Positions 21,860 to 32,523 of a DNA stretch of 64,000 nucleotides are shown piece after piece. The stretch comes from Rebecca billardiae RCC1528 (Eukaryota; Protista; Haptophyta). The position numbers and the translations under genes were made by a program. The notes beneath the pieces were generated by a model. It saw nothing but the letters and a program-made list of their open reading frames with translations. It was not told where the DNA came from and did no database searches. How positions within the stretch are numbered: the stretch's first letter is position 1; each line of letters opens with the position of its first letter. The stretch covers positions 992,001 to 1,056,000 of the forward strand of contig OZ251246.1 in NCBI GenBank assembly GCA_965240325.2, in the 5' to 3' direction.

Positions 21860-23746
21860 TCAGCGCGGCTCGAGGACGCTGATGCCCACGCGCGGCCCCG
21901 CGCCGGCCGGCGCCGCGCCGCCGATCTCAGACGCAGGCCCGCCCACCCTGCGGCCGCGTCCCGACGGGTAGCGCTGCGCAGTGCCCGCGCCCGGCAGCCG
22001 CGTCGCAGGCGGCAGCGTCGGCGGCTCGGGCAGGCCCGGCGCGTGCGCGACCGCGCAGCCCGCCTTGCCGCAGCCCGACGCCGCTGCCAGCACCGCAGCG
22101 GCCCCCAGGTCCGCCGCCGCCCCGACGCGTGCGAGCGCGGCTGCGGCAGGCGGGCCTCCGCCGCGCGCCGCCAGTGCGTCCGCGCGCGGCGGCACGGTGG
22201 GAAGCAGGCCGCTGTCAGCGCCACCGCGCGCGGACGGAGGCAGCGAGCCACGCCTGGGGCTGAGCTGCGGGTGCCACGTCGGCAGTGGCGCGCGCAGCGT
22301 CGCGCGTGGGCTTGCCGGCGCGCCGCGCCGGCAGCCCGTGCGCGCGCCGCCGCCTGGCTCGGGCCGCTGCGGCGGTGCGCTGAGCGCCGCAGGCATCGAG
22401 CCTCGCCTGACGACGCCGCGCGCGTCCGCACCACGCCACGCGCCCTCGGCCGGCCAGTGCGCGCCGCCGTGCACCACTGCCGCGCCCGCCGCCCCGCCAC
22501 ACGGGTCCGCTCCGTAGTGCTCCGCCGCCCACTCACGCAGCGCGCCCGCGATCGCGTCACAAAAGTCCGGCCACCGGAACGGGTTGGCGCTGATCCGGAT
22601 GGGCATCTCGAGCTGCACCGCGTCGGCGCCGGAGCCGACGGCGCGGGCGAGCGTGTGCGACGAGCGGCCGAAGAAGTAGCGCGTGAGCTGCACCTGCGCG
22701 CCCTGACACGCCTGCGCGCCGCCCTCACACGTCTCGGCCGCAGCCGCGCCGGCGGCGGGAGCGGGCTGCCCGCCGCCGCTGGGCGCACCGTCGTCGCCGC
22801 CGAGCGCGGCGGGCACGCCGGCGCGCGGGACGGCGAGCACGCTGCGCGCGCGCAGCAGCTCGCCGAGGCTCTTCTTGCCCGCGAGCAGCTCGGAGAGCCG
22901 CGCGCCGCCCTCGCCCTCCGCGCGCGCTCGCTCGTCGAGCTGCGCCCACAGCCGGTGCAGCGTGCAGCGCGCGCGCGCGGCCGCGCCGTCCGCAGTCGGC
23001 GCGTCCAGCAGCGCCGCGCCCTGCGCGAGGGCGGAGAGCGGCAGCAGGTAGCCCAGCTCGATCGAGTCGTGCCCGCCGTTCGCGCGGAAGTGCGACTGCG
23101 CGTGGAAGTCGACGAAGAGCTCGCGCCCGGGGAAGGCACGGCCGGCGGCGCTCAGCGCACGCTGCAACAGCTGGTGGTACGCGCCGTGCACCGCCGCGCC
23201 GCGCGCGCACGCGCAGCCCGTGGCGGGCTCGCGGTTGACGTCGACGACGCCGCGCGAGACGTGGCAGAGGAGCAGGTGCGGCATGAGCGCCTCGCGCGCC
23301 TCACGCGCGCCGGCGACCAGCCGCAGCGCCACGGCGCACGCGACGGCCGAGGCGCCCTTGTCACGGACTGTCACGGTCTCCGATGCGCGCCGCGCGGCCC
23401 AGCGAGGCGCGAGCCGGCCGTCGTGCGGCGAGGCGAGGACGAGCGGCGAGGTCCCTTCGAAGTACTCGATCCACGCCACCTCCGGGCTCTCCGACTCCAC
23501 CCACATCGGCGCGTCGTGGCCGTCGACGCCGGGCGCGCCGGCACGGGCCGCGGGCCGCGGATCGTCCGCCTTCTCGGTCGCGAGCAGCGTGCGCTGCAGC
23601 CGCTCGAGCGCGCGCGAGAGCGCCGTCGAGCGCTCGACGAGGTCCGACGTCGCCGGGTGCACTGTCACCGGTACGCGAAACGAGCCATCCACCCTCTTCC
23701 GCGGCGGCGGCGCCGCGCGGGGTTCGGGCGGACTCGGCTCCGGCAT
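21860..23746 (-). CDS. N-formylglutamate amidohydrolase-like zinc hydrolase with low-complexity C-terminal tail
   Basis: LVLASPHDG, VSRGVVDVNRE, YHQLLQRAL, FVDFHAQSH, IELGY, DAVQLEMP. No intron detected. Confidence 0.7.
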   Translation of the reverse strand: MPEPSPPEPRAAPPPRKRVDGSFRVPVTVHPATSDLVERSTALSRALERLQRTLLATEKADDPRPAARAGAPGVDGHDAPMWVESESPEVAWIEYFEGTSPLVLASPHDGRLAPRWAARRASETVTVRDKGASAVACAVALRLVAGAREAREALMPHLLLCHVSRGVVDVNREPATGCACARGAAVHGAYHQLLQRALSAAGRAFPGRELFVDFHAQSHFRANGGHDSIELGYLLPLSALAQGAALLDAPTADGAAARARCTLHRLWAQLDERARAEGEGGARLSELLAGKKSLGELLRARSVLAVPRAGVPAALGGDDGAPSGGGQPAPAAGAAAAETCEGGAQACQGAQVQLTRYFFGRSSHTLARAVGSGADAVQLEMPIRISANPFRWPDFCDAIAGALREWAAEHYGADPCGGAAGAAVVHGGAHWPAEGAWRGADARGVVRRGSMPAALSAPPQRPEPGGGARTGCRRGAPASPRATLRAPLPTWHPQLSPRRGSLPPSARGGADSGLLPTVPPRADALAARGGGPPAAAALARVGAAADLGAAAVLAAASGCGKAGCAVAHAPGLPEPPTLPPATRLPGAGTAQRYPSGRGRRVGGPASEIGGAAPAGAGPRVGISVLEPR

Positions 23747-23987
23747 CCTGGGCCGGATCAAGCAACGGCGGATGAGCAAAACGCTCCTCGTCATCACACG
23801 GTACAGTTTATTTGTTTTAAAGACCTGGAAACTGAAAACTGGGGGTAGTCACGAACGACTCGGAACTCACGACCGGCCCGGGTACAATTCCGCAAGGAAG
23901 ATTTTAGATTTTGGTACAAAGCCGCAGCGGGCCGCGGGCGCGCGGCCGCGCGCGGGCCGGCCGGGCGTGGCGAATCGTGAGCGCGGC

Positions 23988-25974
23988 ATGGGGGCGTGCG
24001 GCTCCGCTCGGCTCGCCGACGACGACGGGGCTCGGATTGCGCCCGCGCCGCAAGGCGTCGCGGCGAGCGGCGACGTGCCAACGACGGCGGACGAGCCCAG
24101 GCCCGCCCTGCCCCCGCCCTTCTCCGTCGTGTGGCACAAGGGCTATCAGGCCTTCATGTTTGTCAGTGTGATCGCGCTCTCGATGCTCCCGACCACCTTC
24201 TATTCTATCGGCGTGTACACGAGCAAGAGCGTGGAGTACTACGGGTGCATGAGCGCCGACGGGCGCGCCCATCTCTCCTTCTCCGTCAAGAACAACCGCA
24301 TCGGCGCGTGGCCTGTGGCCGAGCCGTTCTCGACCGCCACCAACTTGAGCTACGCGCTCGCTGGTGCGACTGTGTTCCTCATCGGCTATCTCTTCGGCAC
24401 GGACACGTACCCGTCGATGTACGGGCTGGCCGTCCTACTGGTGATGATGGGCACCGGCTCGGCGGCCTTCCACGCCACGGGCTCCCTCGTCGAGGTGCAC
24501 CTGCCCGCTTGGGCGTCGGTGTGGCAGCACGACATGGACCGGTGAGAGCGCGCACCGCTCCGCTGTGCGCTGGCTGCGGCCGGCACGCCACGGGCGCCGA
24601 GCCGTCGCCGAGGGGGCTTCACTACGCGCCCTCGACACCCGTGCTGCCTGGCTCTCGCCGCTGCGCTCCTCAGCGCACGCCGCACGGCTCTCACCGCCCG
24701 CGCCGCGCACTTGCCACACCGCCGTGCTGCGCCCGCACGCCGCGCCTGCCGATGCCGCGCGCGCGCGGCGCGCCTCCTCAGGTTCATGATGTTCGCCCTG
24801 TTCATCTTCACCGCATGCCTCAGCGTCAACGGCCTTGTGAAGGCGGCCACGGGCATCCCCGACAACCCGCGCTCGACCGTCAGCCTGATCGCGAATCTGT
24901 GCGGGCTGGCAGGCGTGGCGGGCGTGATCCTCATGCAGGGGAGCATCAGCGACGGCCGCATGCTGGGCGGCTGCGGCGCCGTCATCATCATCGCCAACGC
25001 CATCTCGCGCGGGATCCTCGAGGTGCGCGCGCACGGGATCCACTTCGAGCCGCTCGCGCTCCGCGGCGCCGATGGCGGGAGCGCGCGCGGCTGGCTGTGG
25101 CCGTTCCTCAGGGCCGCGCTGGGCAGCGCGCTGCAGCGTGTCTTCCTCCTCGCCGTCGCCTTCTGGATGAACGGCGTCTCGATGGGGTGCAACACCGCGG
25201 CGACCGGCTACGTGTGGAACCCGCCCAAGGTGTGCCCCGTCGACCAGGCGGTTGGGGTCGAGCTGCAGAAGTGCCATGTGCGCGCACGCGCGAGCGCTTG
25301 CTCGGGCCGCGGCGCGCCGCCGATCGTCGCCGTCGCCCCTGCCGGCTGACGCTGCGCCCAGCGGTGGCGTGCGCCCTCGCCCACCGGTCCCGCCGCAGGA
25401 CTTTTACCACGGCGCGTGGCACCTGCTCTCGGGGATCGTGATCCTGACGATGGGCTTTGACGCGCAGCAGGCGCTGAGCGCGAGGCTGCCGCCGCCCCTG
25501 TACGCGATGCCGGGGGGACCGCTCTGGAGCGTGCTCGGCGCGCGGCACGAGGAGGCGGCGGTGGTGGACAAGCTCGTGATCGACTGGGCCGCGCAGGCGG
25601 CGGCTGTCCTCATCAGCGCCACGCTGCTGATCGTCTCCTGGATCGACTTCTCGGGCTCAGAGGGCAGCGGCTTCCCCGTCAAGATCGGTGGCGCGTTCAC
25701 GCTGTACTGGACAGGCCGCTCGTTCGAGGGCTGGCTGTGGGTGTGGCTCGTGCTCGTCCTCGTGGTGATCTTGCCGCTCGCCGTGCTCTTCGCGTACGCG
25801 CTGCATCAGTATGCGCCGCTGCTGCGCGCAGCCGGCCCGGGCGGGCATGGCTATGCGAGAGTGCCAGGTGGCCAAACGCGCGGCCGGTCTCCTCACGCCG
25901 AGGGCGGCGGGCCCGGCGGCGATGGGGAGCCACGCGGGGGTGGAGACATTGAGCTCGCACGGCGTGGCAACTAG
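23988..25974 (+). CDS. Multi-pass membrane protein of the CREST (alkaline ceramidase-like) superfamily, 3 exons
   Basis: Introns 24542-24781 and 25278-25398. Motifs EPFSTATNLSY, GSAAFHA (SxxxH), HDMDR (D) and YHGAWH (HxxxH). N-terminus MGACGS. Confidence 0.7.
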
Positions 25975-26289
25975 GCCTTCAGGCTGCCCCTGACGCCCAC
26001 GCCTAGCGGCGGAGGGCTGGTGTGGTGCCAGGCCACGGCGCACTGCGCAGATGAGCATCGCGTGATTCTGATGACTGATGCTCTCCTGGCGGTGTCGGGG
26101 CGAAGCCAAAGGAGATCAAACCTCGGTCGTCTGGGCCCCGGGCTGCATATTCAGCGGAATCTTCCCTTTCAGCTCCGCCCCGAACCGGCGCAAGAAGTTG
26201 AAAGCGGGTGGAGCCGCGAGGTCTCATCAAAGCGGCGGCCAAAACGTGGGCGGACCAGGGTGAGGGGCGAGGGGCCATCAAGCAGCATC

Positions 26290-28242
26290 ATGGCAGCCGC
26301 GCAGCTCGACGAGGTGGTGCGCGCCGTCCTCGCCGAGTGCGCCACGGACGAGGCGCCCGGCGCGCGCCTGAAGTCGAGCGCCGTGCCGGAGGAAGTGCGC
26401 CGCCGCGCCGCCGCCGCCTCCGCCGCCGCCGCCGCGGCTCTCTCGCCGCACCTCGACGCGGCGTGGGAGCGTGCGTGTGCCACTGTGCTCGACTCGAGCG
26501 CAGTGTTACGCGTCGACCTCGAGGAGGCGTGGGCGCGGGCGATGCAGCTGTGCGACGGCGCGACTCTCGCCGAGCAGCGCTTCGCCATCGTGGGCAAGCT
26601 CGGCGCGGGCATGTTCGCCACGGTGCACCTCGCGTTTGACCGCGAGCTGCGCAAGAACGTGGCGCTCAAGATCTACGAGGGGAAGCACGTGCCCAAGGCG
26701 ACGCAGGAGCTGGCGATCTGGCGGGCGTGCACGCACCCGAACGTCGTGCGGCTGTACGACTCGATCGTCGCGCCCGACCGCGTCTACGCCGTCATCGAGC
26801 TCGCGCCCGGCGGCGAGCTGCTCGCCAAGCTGAGCGAGGTGGACCGCTTCGATGAGCGCGCGGCGAGGCAGATCTTCAGGCAGTGCGCCGAGGCGCTGGC
26901 GTACCTGCACGACGAGGCGGGCGTGGCGCACCGGGACATCAAGCCCGAGAACCTGCTGTGCACCTCGCCCGAGCCCGGCGAGATCGGCGCGCTCAAGCTC
27001 GGCGACTTTGGCTTTGCGGCGCGCATCAGCGCGCCTGAGCTGCTGGCCGGCTTCGGCGGCGGCGGCGGCGGCGCGGCGCCCAGGCCGGCGGCGGCGGCGG
27101 GCTCGGCGCAGGGTGGCCCGCCGCCGCCGTCGCAGCCCGAGTCGCCGATGCTGTCCCCCACCGCCCCGACCACGCCGCCCACCCCCGCGCCCGGCTGGAC
27201 CTCTCGACGAAACTCGCGCTCGAACGCGCGGCTGACGCGGCTGGTGGGCACGCCCGACTATATGGCGCCCGAGCAGATACTGATCTGGCGCAGGCGCGAG
27301 CGGGAGCGGCGGCGGCGGGCGGCGGCGCAGAGGCAGGGCGGCGCGGACGGCGGCGCCGCGCTCGGCGGCGGCGCGAGGCCGCCGCCCATCTCCACCGCCG
27401 CCGAGCAGTCCGGGCCGGACGCCGACGGCCCGGACTTTTATGACGAGTCGGTCGACTGCTGGGCGCTCGGCTGCATCGCGTATGAGCTGCTCTCGGGCTC
27501 GCCGCCGTTCGTCGACGAGGACGACGAGAGGCTGCACACGCTGATCTGCTGCGCGCCGGTCAGCTTCGACGACGAGGCCGTGTGGGGCGGCGTGAGCGAG
27601 CACGCAAAGGATCTGATCGTGCGGCTGCTCGAGCGAGACCCGTCCAAGCGGCTGCGCGCGGCAGAGGCCCTCAACCACCCGTGGCTCGCGGCCGCGTCGC
27701 CGCACGCGTCAGCGCGCGCGCCCGCGCGCGTGTCGCCCGACGCGGCCGAGGCGGCGCGGCTCTCCTCCGTGCAGCGCAACCGCGAGCACGTGCGCGAGGT
27801 GCGGCGCAACCGCCGCTTCCGCGTCGGAGGCATCGCGGTCGGCTCGATCGTGCGCATGGAGATGCTTGCCCATGCCACGATGGCACGCGCGCTGCCACGC
27901 ACGCCGTCGCCTCCGCCTCGCGGGCTGCGCGCGGTCAGCGAGCAAGCGGCCGGGGCGGGCGCCGCGCCGCACGCTCCCGCCGCAGCGGCCTCAGCCGAGC
28001 TCGCCGGGCCGAGCGCGTCCGCGCCGATGGGCGCCGCGACTGCCGAGCCGCCCCTCGAGAGCCACGCGCAGACGGGCCAAGACTCGCCGGCGGACGAAGC
28101 GCGTACCGATGGGGCTGGGCCTGGGGCTGGCAGCGGGGGTGGGCTGCTGGCGCTCCGCGCGCTCACGTGCACCGGGGTCGTGCTGGCAGCGTCCGTGCTC
28201 GGCGAGGGCTACCGCTCCAGCAGAGCATCAGGCGGCCCATAG
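26290..28242 (+). CDS. Ser/Thr protein kinase, CAMK group
   Basis: LGAGMFATV, VALK, HPNVVRL, GGEL, HRDIKPENLL, DFG, GTPDYMAPE, DCWALG, GSPPF, VSEHAKDLI..LL..DP.KR...EALNHPW. Confidence 0.92.
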   Translation: MAAAQLDEVVRAVLAECATDEAPGARLKSSAVPEEVRRRAAAASAAAAAALSPHLDAAWERACATVLDSSAVLRVDLEEAWARAMQLCDGATLAEQRFAIVGKLGAGMFATVHLAFDRELRKNVALKIYEGKHVPKATQELAIWRACTHPNVVRLYDSIVAPDRVYAVIELAPGGELLAKLSEVDRFDERAARQIFRQCAEALAYLHDEAGVAHRDIKPENLLCTSPEPGEIGALKLGDFGFAARISAPELLAGFGGGGGGAAPRPAAAAGSAQGGPPPPSQPESPMLSPTAPTTPPTPAPGWTSRRNSRSNARLTRLVGTPDYMAPEQILIWRRRERERRRRAAAQRQGGADGGAALGGGARPPPISTAAEQSGPDADGPDFYDESVDCWALGCIAYELLSGSPPFVDEDDERLHTLICCAPVSFDDEAVWGGVSEHAKDLIVRLLERDPSKRLRAAEALNHPWLAAASPHASARAPARVSPDAAEAARLSSVQRNREHVREVRRNRRFRVGGIAVGSIVRMEMLAHATMARALPRTPSPPPRGLRAVSEQAAGAGAAPHAPAAAASAELAGPSASAPMGAATAEPPLESHAQTGQDSPADEARTDGAGPGAGSGGGLLALRALTCTGVVLAASVLGEGYRSSRASGGP

Positions 28243-28377
28243 CTGGCCACTTAGGCGGCGCCAGCGTCGCGCGTGGCCACTCTGAGCCGCTGCGAGACAT
28301 GCAGGCTGCACGACAGCTCTCGATATGCTGATGAGTTAAGACGATGACGACGACTCGGACGAGTAACGACGACGACT

Positions 28378-30265
28378 GGGAATCCGCGGTTTCGCACTAT
28401 TCAGAGCACGAGGCCGCGGCATAGCAACGCAGATTTATTCTTCCGCTTGCTCTATCAGACCACTTGAACGATCTAATCGAGGTTTCCAATTGAAAATGAC
28501 GAAAGTACATCCATCCATTAGAGAACCCAAATCCCGAGCGCGGCAAAGCCGTGGAACGCAGTAATCAGCCTCGTCAGCGATAGTCCGCTCACGAAATCGA
28601 GGCGCTGGAAATGAGTTCTTCGCGTGCAACCGCGGAGGCGGGAGCCCTCCCGCGGGTGCGGAGCACCGATTCTGACCCGCCCCCTGCGCCTGCGGCCGGG
28701 CGGCGAGTGCGATGCAGCTGGCCCGGCGCTGGGGGGCGCGGATGTGCTTGCGGAGCCGGCGTGCGTGGACGGGCTGTTGCGGGAGAGTATCTGCCGCCCT
28801 CCTGCGCCGCGCGACTTGCGCCACGCCTCTTTCGCCTCGGCTCAGGGCAGCGCGCACGCGCGCGCCGCCTCCGGGGCCAGCCTTCGGCCTGCGCCGCAGG
28901 CCGACCGCGCGCGCGCCGTGCGCGGCGTGGTCGGGAAGGAACGGGCGCGGCTGCCGGGCGAGATGGCGATATCATGTGCGCACGCCATGCCGCCCCGCCA
29001 CGCCTTGCCGAGCGTGTCGCTGGTCCATTTGCACGCCTCTTCGAGTTGTCACAAATGGTGTGCACGCGGCCTCGCGGTCCGGTGACCGCTGGGGGCCGCG
29101 CCCGGGCCAGGGCGCTGCGGGCGCGGATGTGCTTGCGGAGCCGGCGTGCGTGGACGGGCTGTTGTGGGAGAGTATCTGCCGCCCTCCTGCACCGCGCGAC
29201 TTGCGCCACGCCTCTTTCGCCTCGGCTCAGGGCAGCGCGCACGCGGCGCGTCGCCTCAAGGCCAGCCTTGCCTGCGCCGCAGCCGACCGCGTGCGCGCCG
29301 TGCGCGGCGTGGTCGGGAAGGAACGGGCACGGCTGCCGGGCGAGATGGCGATATCATGTGCGCACGCCATGCCGCCCCGCCACGCCTTGCCGAGCGTGTC
29401 GCTGGTCCGTTTGCACGCCTCTTCGAGTTGTCACACTATGAATGGTGTGCCACGGCCTCGCGGTCGTGACCCTTGCCGGGACGATCATTGAGACACAGAA
29501 CAGTGCCAAGCGGGCACGCGGGATACTCTTACATGAATGTTCATCACCACGTGGTCGTGTAGAAGTGCTGGGTGCGACGCTTTCCTCGCGCGGATGCACT
29601 TTCATCATCTTCTTCGAGCTCCGAGGTCTGGCTTCAGGCACGACAAGAAATCAGCACTCGTCAACAGCTGTGCGGATCCGTTATCGTGCCCTTTCGCGGC
29701 GCCGCGGGGCGGCATGGCGTGCGCACATGATGTCGTCATCTCGCCCGGCAGCACCCCCCGTTCCTTCCCGACCACGCCGCGCACGGCGCGCGCGCGGTTG
29801 CGGCTGCGGCGCGGGCACGGTGCGGCCCTGGCCTCCGAGGCGGCGCGCGCGTGCGCGCTGCCCTGAGCCGCGGCGAAAAGAGGCGTGGCGCGAGACGCGC
29901 GGCGCAGGAGGGCGCCATATACTCTCCCGCAACAGCCTGTCCACGCAAGCCGGCTCCGCGAGCACATCCGCGCCCGCAGCGCCGTGCCCCGGGCGCGCCG
30001 GCCGCCAACGGCGCTCGGCCGCCTTCGCCTGCCCGCCCTGCCGCCGAGGGCAAAGGTCAAGATTTGGTCGGCCCTCGCCTGCCGAGCCGCCACCGGCCGG
30101 GGGCTCCCTGCACCATCTATCTCATTGCGGCTCAATTTTGGGATTGCGAGACCAGCTCATCGATTGACGCACATCCGCACCCGCGAGACCTGAAAATCTT
30201 ATTCGCGGGTAGCGACGGGTGCGTCCTGCGGCTGTTTTTCTCGTATGTCCAAACCGCGGATTCCC
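28378..30265. mobile_element. Non-autonomous foldback-like TIR element (about 1.9 kb) with tandem and inverted ~345-bp internal units
   Basis: Perfect TIR GGGAATCCGCGGTTT (28378-28392) and AAACCGCGGATTCCC (30251-30265). Tandem units at 28736-29079 and 29121-29465, with an inverted partial copy at 29706-29983. No transposase ORF and no clean TSD (GACT vs AGTG). Confidence 0.75.
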
Positions 30266-30292
30266 AGTGCAGGGGGAACGACCTGGTATAGC

Positions 30293-30313
30293 TATATATA
30301 TAATTAAGCTAAC

Positions 30314-30357
<44 letters not shown>

Positions 30358-30359
30358 TA
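30293..30359. repeat. (TA)n microsatellite, interrupted
   Basis: Directly visible. Confidence 0.95.
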
Positions 30360-30626
30360 TCGCATGTCTGCTACTTCTCAATCATCTGCCCATGGCGATC
30401 CGAAGACAGCGGTCTGACACTCTGACAGACTGTCACCGCCGGGCCCGGCGGGCCGGGGCCCCGCCGGCGGCGCACTGTCACTGAGCTGCCTGCCGCCCCG
30501 CGCCACAGTGTCGCGGCCCACAGGCCCGCGGCGCGGCCCGCGGCCCGCCCGGCCCAGCAAACGCAGTGCTTGGTGCGAGTGGATGGCGAGATGCTGATGA
30601 CGCTGATGACACGCGACGAACGAACG

Positions 30627-31466
30627 CTATGGCCGCCACGCACCGCCAGGTGGCGCCGTCGGCGTCGGTGCACGGTTGCCACCGCCAGGCCTGCTCCTGC
30701 GGCGAGGTGACAGCTGGGCCGGGTGGGGCGGCAGCCGCCCGGCCTGGGCAGTCGGCCCCGAGCCTCGGCCCGCTGACGGCCGGGATGCGCGCATGGCGAA
30801 AGGGAGAAACCCGGCCGGTCCGGCCCTTGGCGCACCATCCGGGGCCCTGTTTGGGATGCTGCCGCGAGGGCTTGGGCCGCCCGCGCTGCGCCCCGCGCCC
30901 AGGCCGGCATGAGCTCCGAGCGCGCCGGGAGGGCGAGGTGGCACGGAGCGAGAGCGAGCCAGTGCTCGAGGTGGCGCGGCGGCGCGATGCGGCGCGCCAG
31001 ACGAGAAGCGCAGCGTCTCGCGGCACTTGGGGCAGACCGAGCACTTCTCGAGCCACGGCTTGATGCAGCGAGCATGGAACGGGTGCCGCGCCGCGCACGG
31101 CAGCTGGACGATCGGGTGTGCTCGCACGGCGTCGAGGCAGATCTCGCAGCACTCGTCCGCGCTGGCTGTGCGAGACACGTACGCGGTGGCAAGGAACGCG
31201 CGCAGCTGCCCCGCACTGATCGGTGTCGACACGTACTTGCCCTCGGGGTCAGCAGCGACGCGATTGTCCCGCCACGGGCGCGCCTCATTGCTGTGGTCGG
31301 GAGCACGCCTGCGAGCGTGCGTCGGGCTCGCTTCCGCCAGCAGCCGGCGGAATCGCGAGTCAAAGTCCGAGTAGAGAGCGCGCGCTTCGGGCTGCGACGA
31401 CCTCCGCGCGACGTGCCTTCGCACCCCCGGCGGTGTCGCCCAAGGGGGCGTGTTGGCAGCCGCCAT
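30627..31466 (-). CDS. RING-H2 zinc-finger protein (putative E3 ligase), intronless
   Basis: CEICLD...LPCAARHPFHARCIKPWLEKCSVCPKCR fits C3H2C3 with the conserved W. ATG at 31466. The C-terminal extent is uncertain. Confidence 0.75.
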   Translation of the reverse strand: MAAANTPPWATPPGVRRHVARRSSQPEARALYSDFDSRFRRLLAEASPTHARRRAPDHSNEARPWRDNRVAADPEGKYVSTPISAGQLRAFLATAYVSRTASADECCEICLDAVRAHPIVQLPCAARHPFHARCIKPWLEKCSVCPKCRETLRFSSGAPHRAAAPPRALARSRSVPPRPPGALGAHAGLGAGRSAGGPSPRGSIPNRAPDGAPRAGPAGFLPFAMRASRPSAGRGSGPTAQAGRLPPHPAQLSPRRRSRPGGGNRAPTPTAPPGGAWRP

Positions 31467-31935
31467 GCGTGGTTTTGGCAAGGCCAGGCTGTCAACGGCC
31501 AGGGCCAGTTCTGGTCTTCTGGAAGAAGGAGTTCGACTAGTCGAAGTTCGAGTGCAGCGCTGGAGAGCTCCCAGTAAACAAGGTTGACGCTTAGTTGACG
31601 CGGGTGCAGTGGAGTGGTGTCAAGGCACTTGGTGTCTCGGTCAGTGGTTTGAGGTTGGGTGAGGGTGGTCGGGTTGGTTGGGGGCTGGCCAGGGTAGCCG
31701 GCTGGAGGCTTCGGCCGCCAGTCTGATCACCCGGAGCCCGTTATAAAGGGGAATTTTTAAACGGTGCTGACCACTGCCAAGCTGAAAGCAGCCAAGACGA
31801 TGATGGAGTCGCGGCGCTGCCGAACAGGCGGGGAGCCGGGCCACACCGCGGGCGCACGGACCCGGACTCAGAAGCATCAGTTTAATATATATATATACCG
31901 TTATCGGCTCTCGATATCTATAACGCCGCATATAA

Positions 31936-31938
<3 letters not shown>

Positions 31939-32002
<64 letters not shown>
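31939..32002. repeat. (AT)n microsatellite, about 32 units
   Basis: Directly visible. A shorter tract lies at about 31885-31897. Confidence 0.95.
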
Positions 32003-32004
<2 letters not shown>

Positions 32005-32523
32005 GACTATTACGATACTGCTACTATCGCTAAGACTGCTATAACTACTACGAGTGGCGGAGTGACGCGGGGGGGCGTGAGTCCCGTGATGAGACTCTCA
32101 GACTCGGTCTCATCGGCCATCGGGAGGCCGGGCGGGCCGCCGCAACTGCTGCCAGGCACGGTCACGCACACGGTCACACGCCATGTGCGACGGGTCACGT
32201 GCTGCACTGCCTGCAGGGCCGATAGGCGCAGGGCGGCGGTTGCCAGCATGCACTGCAGCATCGCATGTCCGAGACATGCTGATACAGCAAGTACTGCGCG
32301 GCAGCGGCGCTTCTTGTCGCGCAGGCCCGGCGGTGCACGCGCAGCGGCCGCGCGGCTGCCCGCACGGCACACGCCGCGCGGAGCTTGCCACGGCACGCCT
32401 CACTCATCCTCATCCGTGCCGTTCGGTACGACTGCAAAGTCGTGGGGGGGGCGCTCGGCCAGAGCCCGCCAGCCTAGGGCACGCGCCGCCGTGCGCGCGC
32501 AGGTGCCGCCGCGCCGAGCTCAG

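Noticed and set aside
28736-29465. Possible CRISPR-like array
   Set aside because: Two long tandem units with no short repeat/unique spacer periodicity, no cas genes, and a eukaryotic context.
28589-30193. ORFs within the foldback element
   Set aside because: Translations of the repeated module in several frames, with no transposase or other domain motifs.
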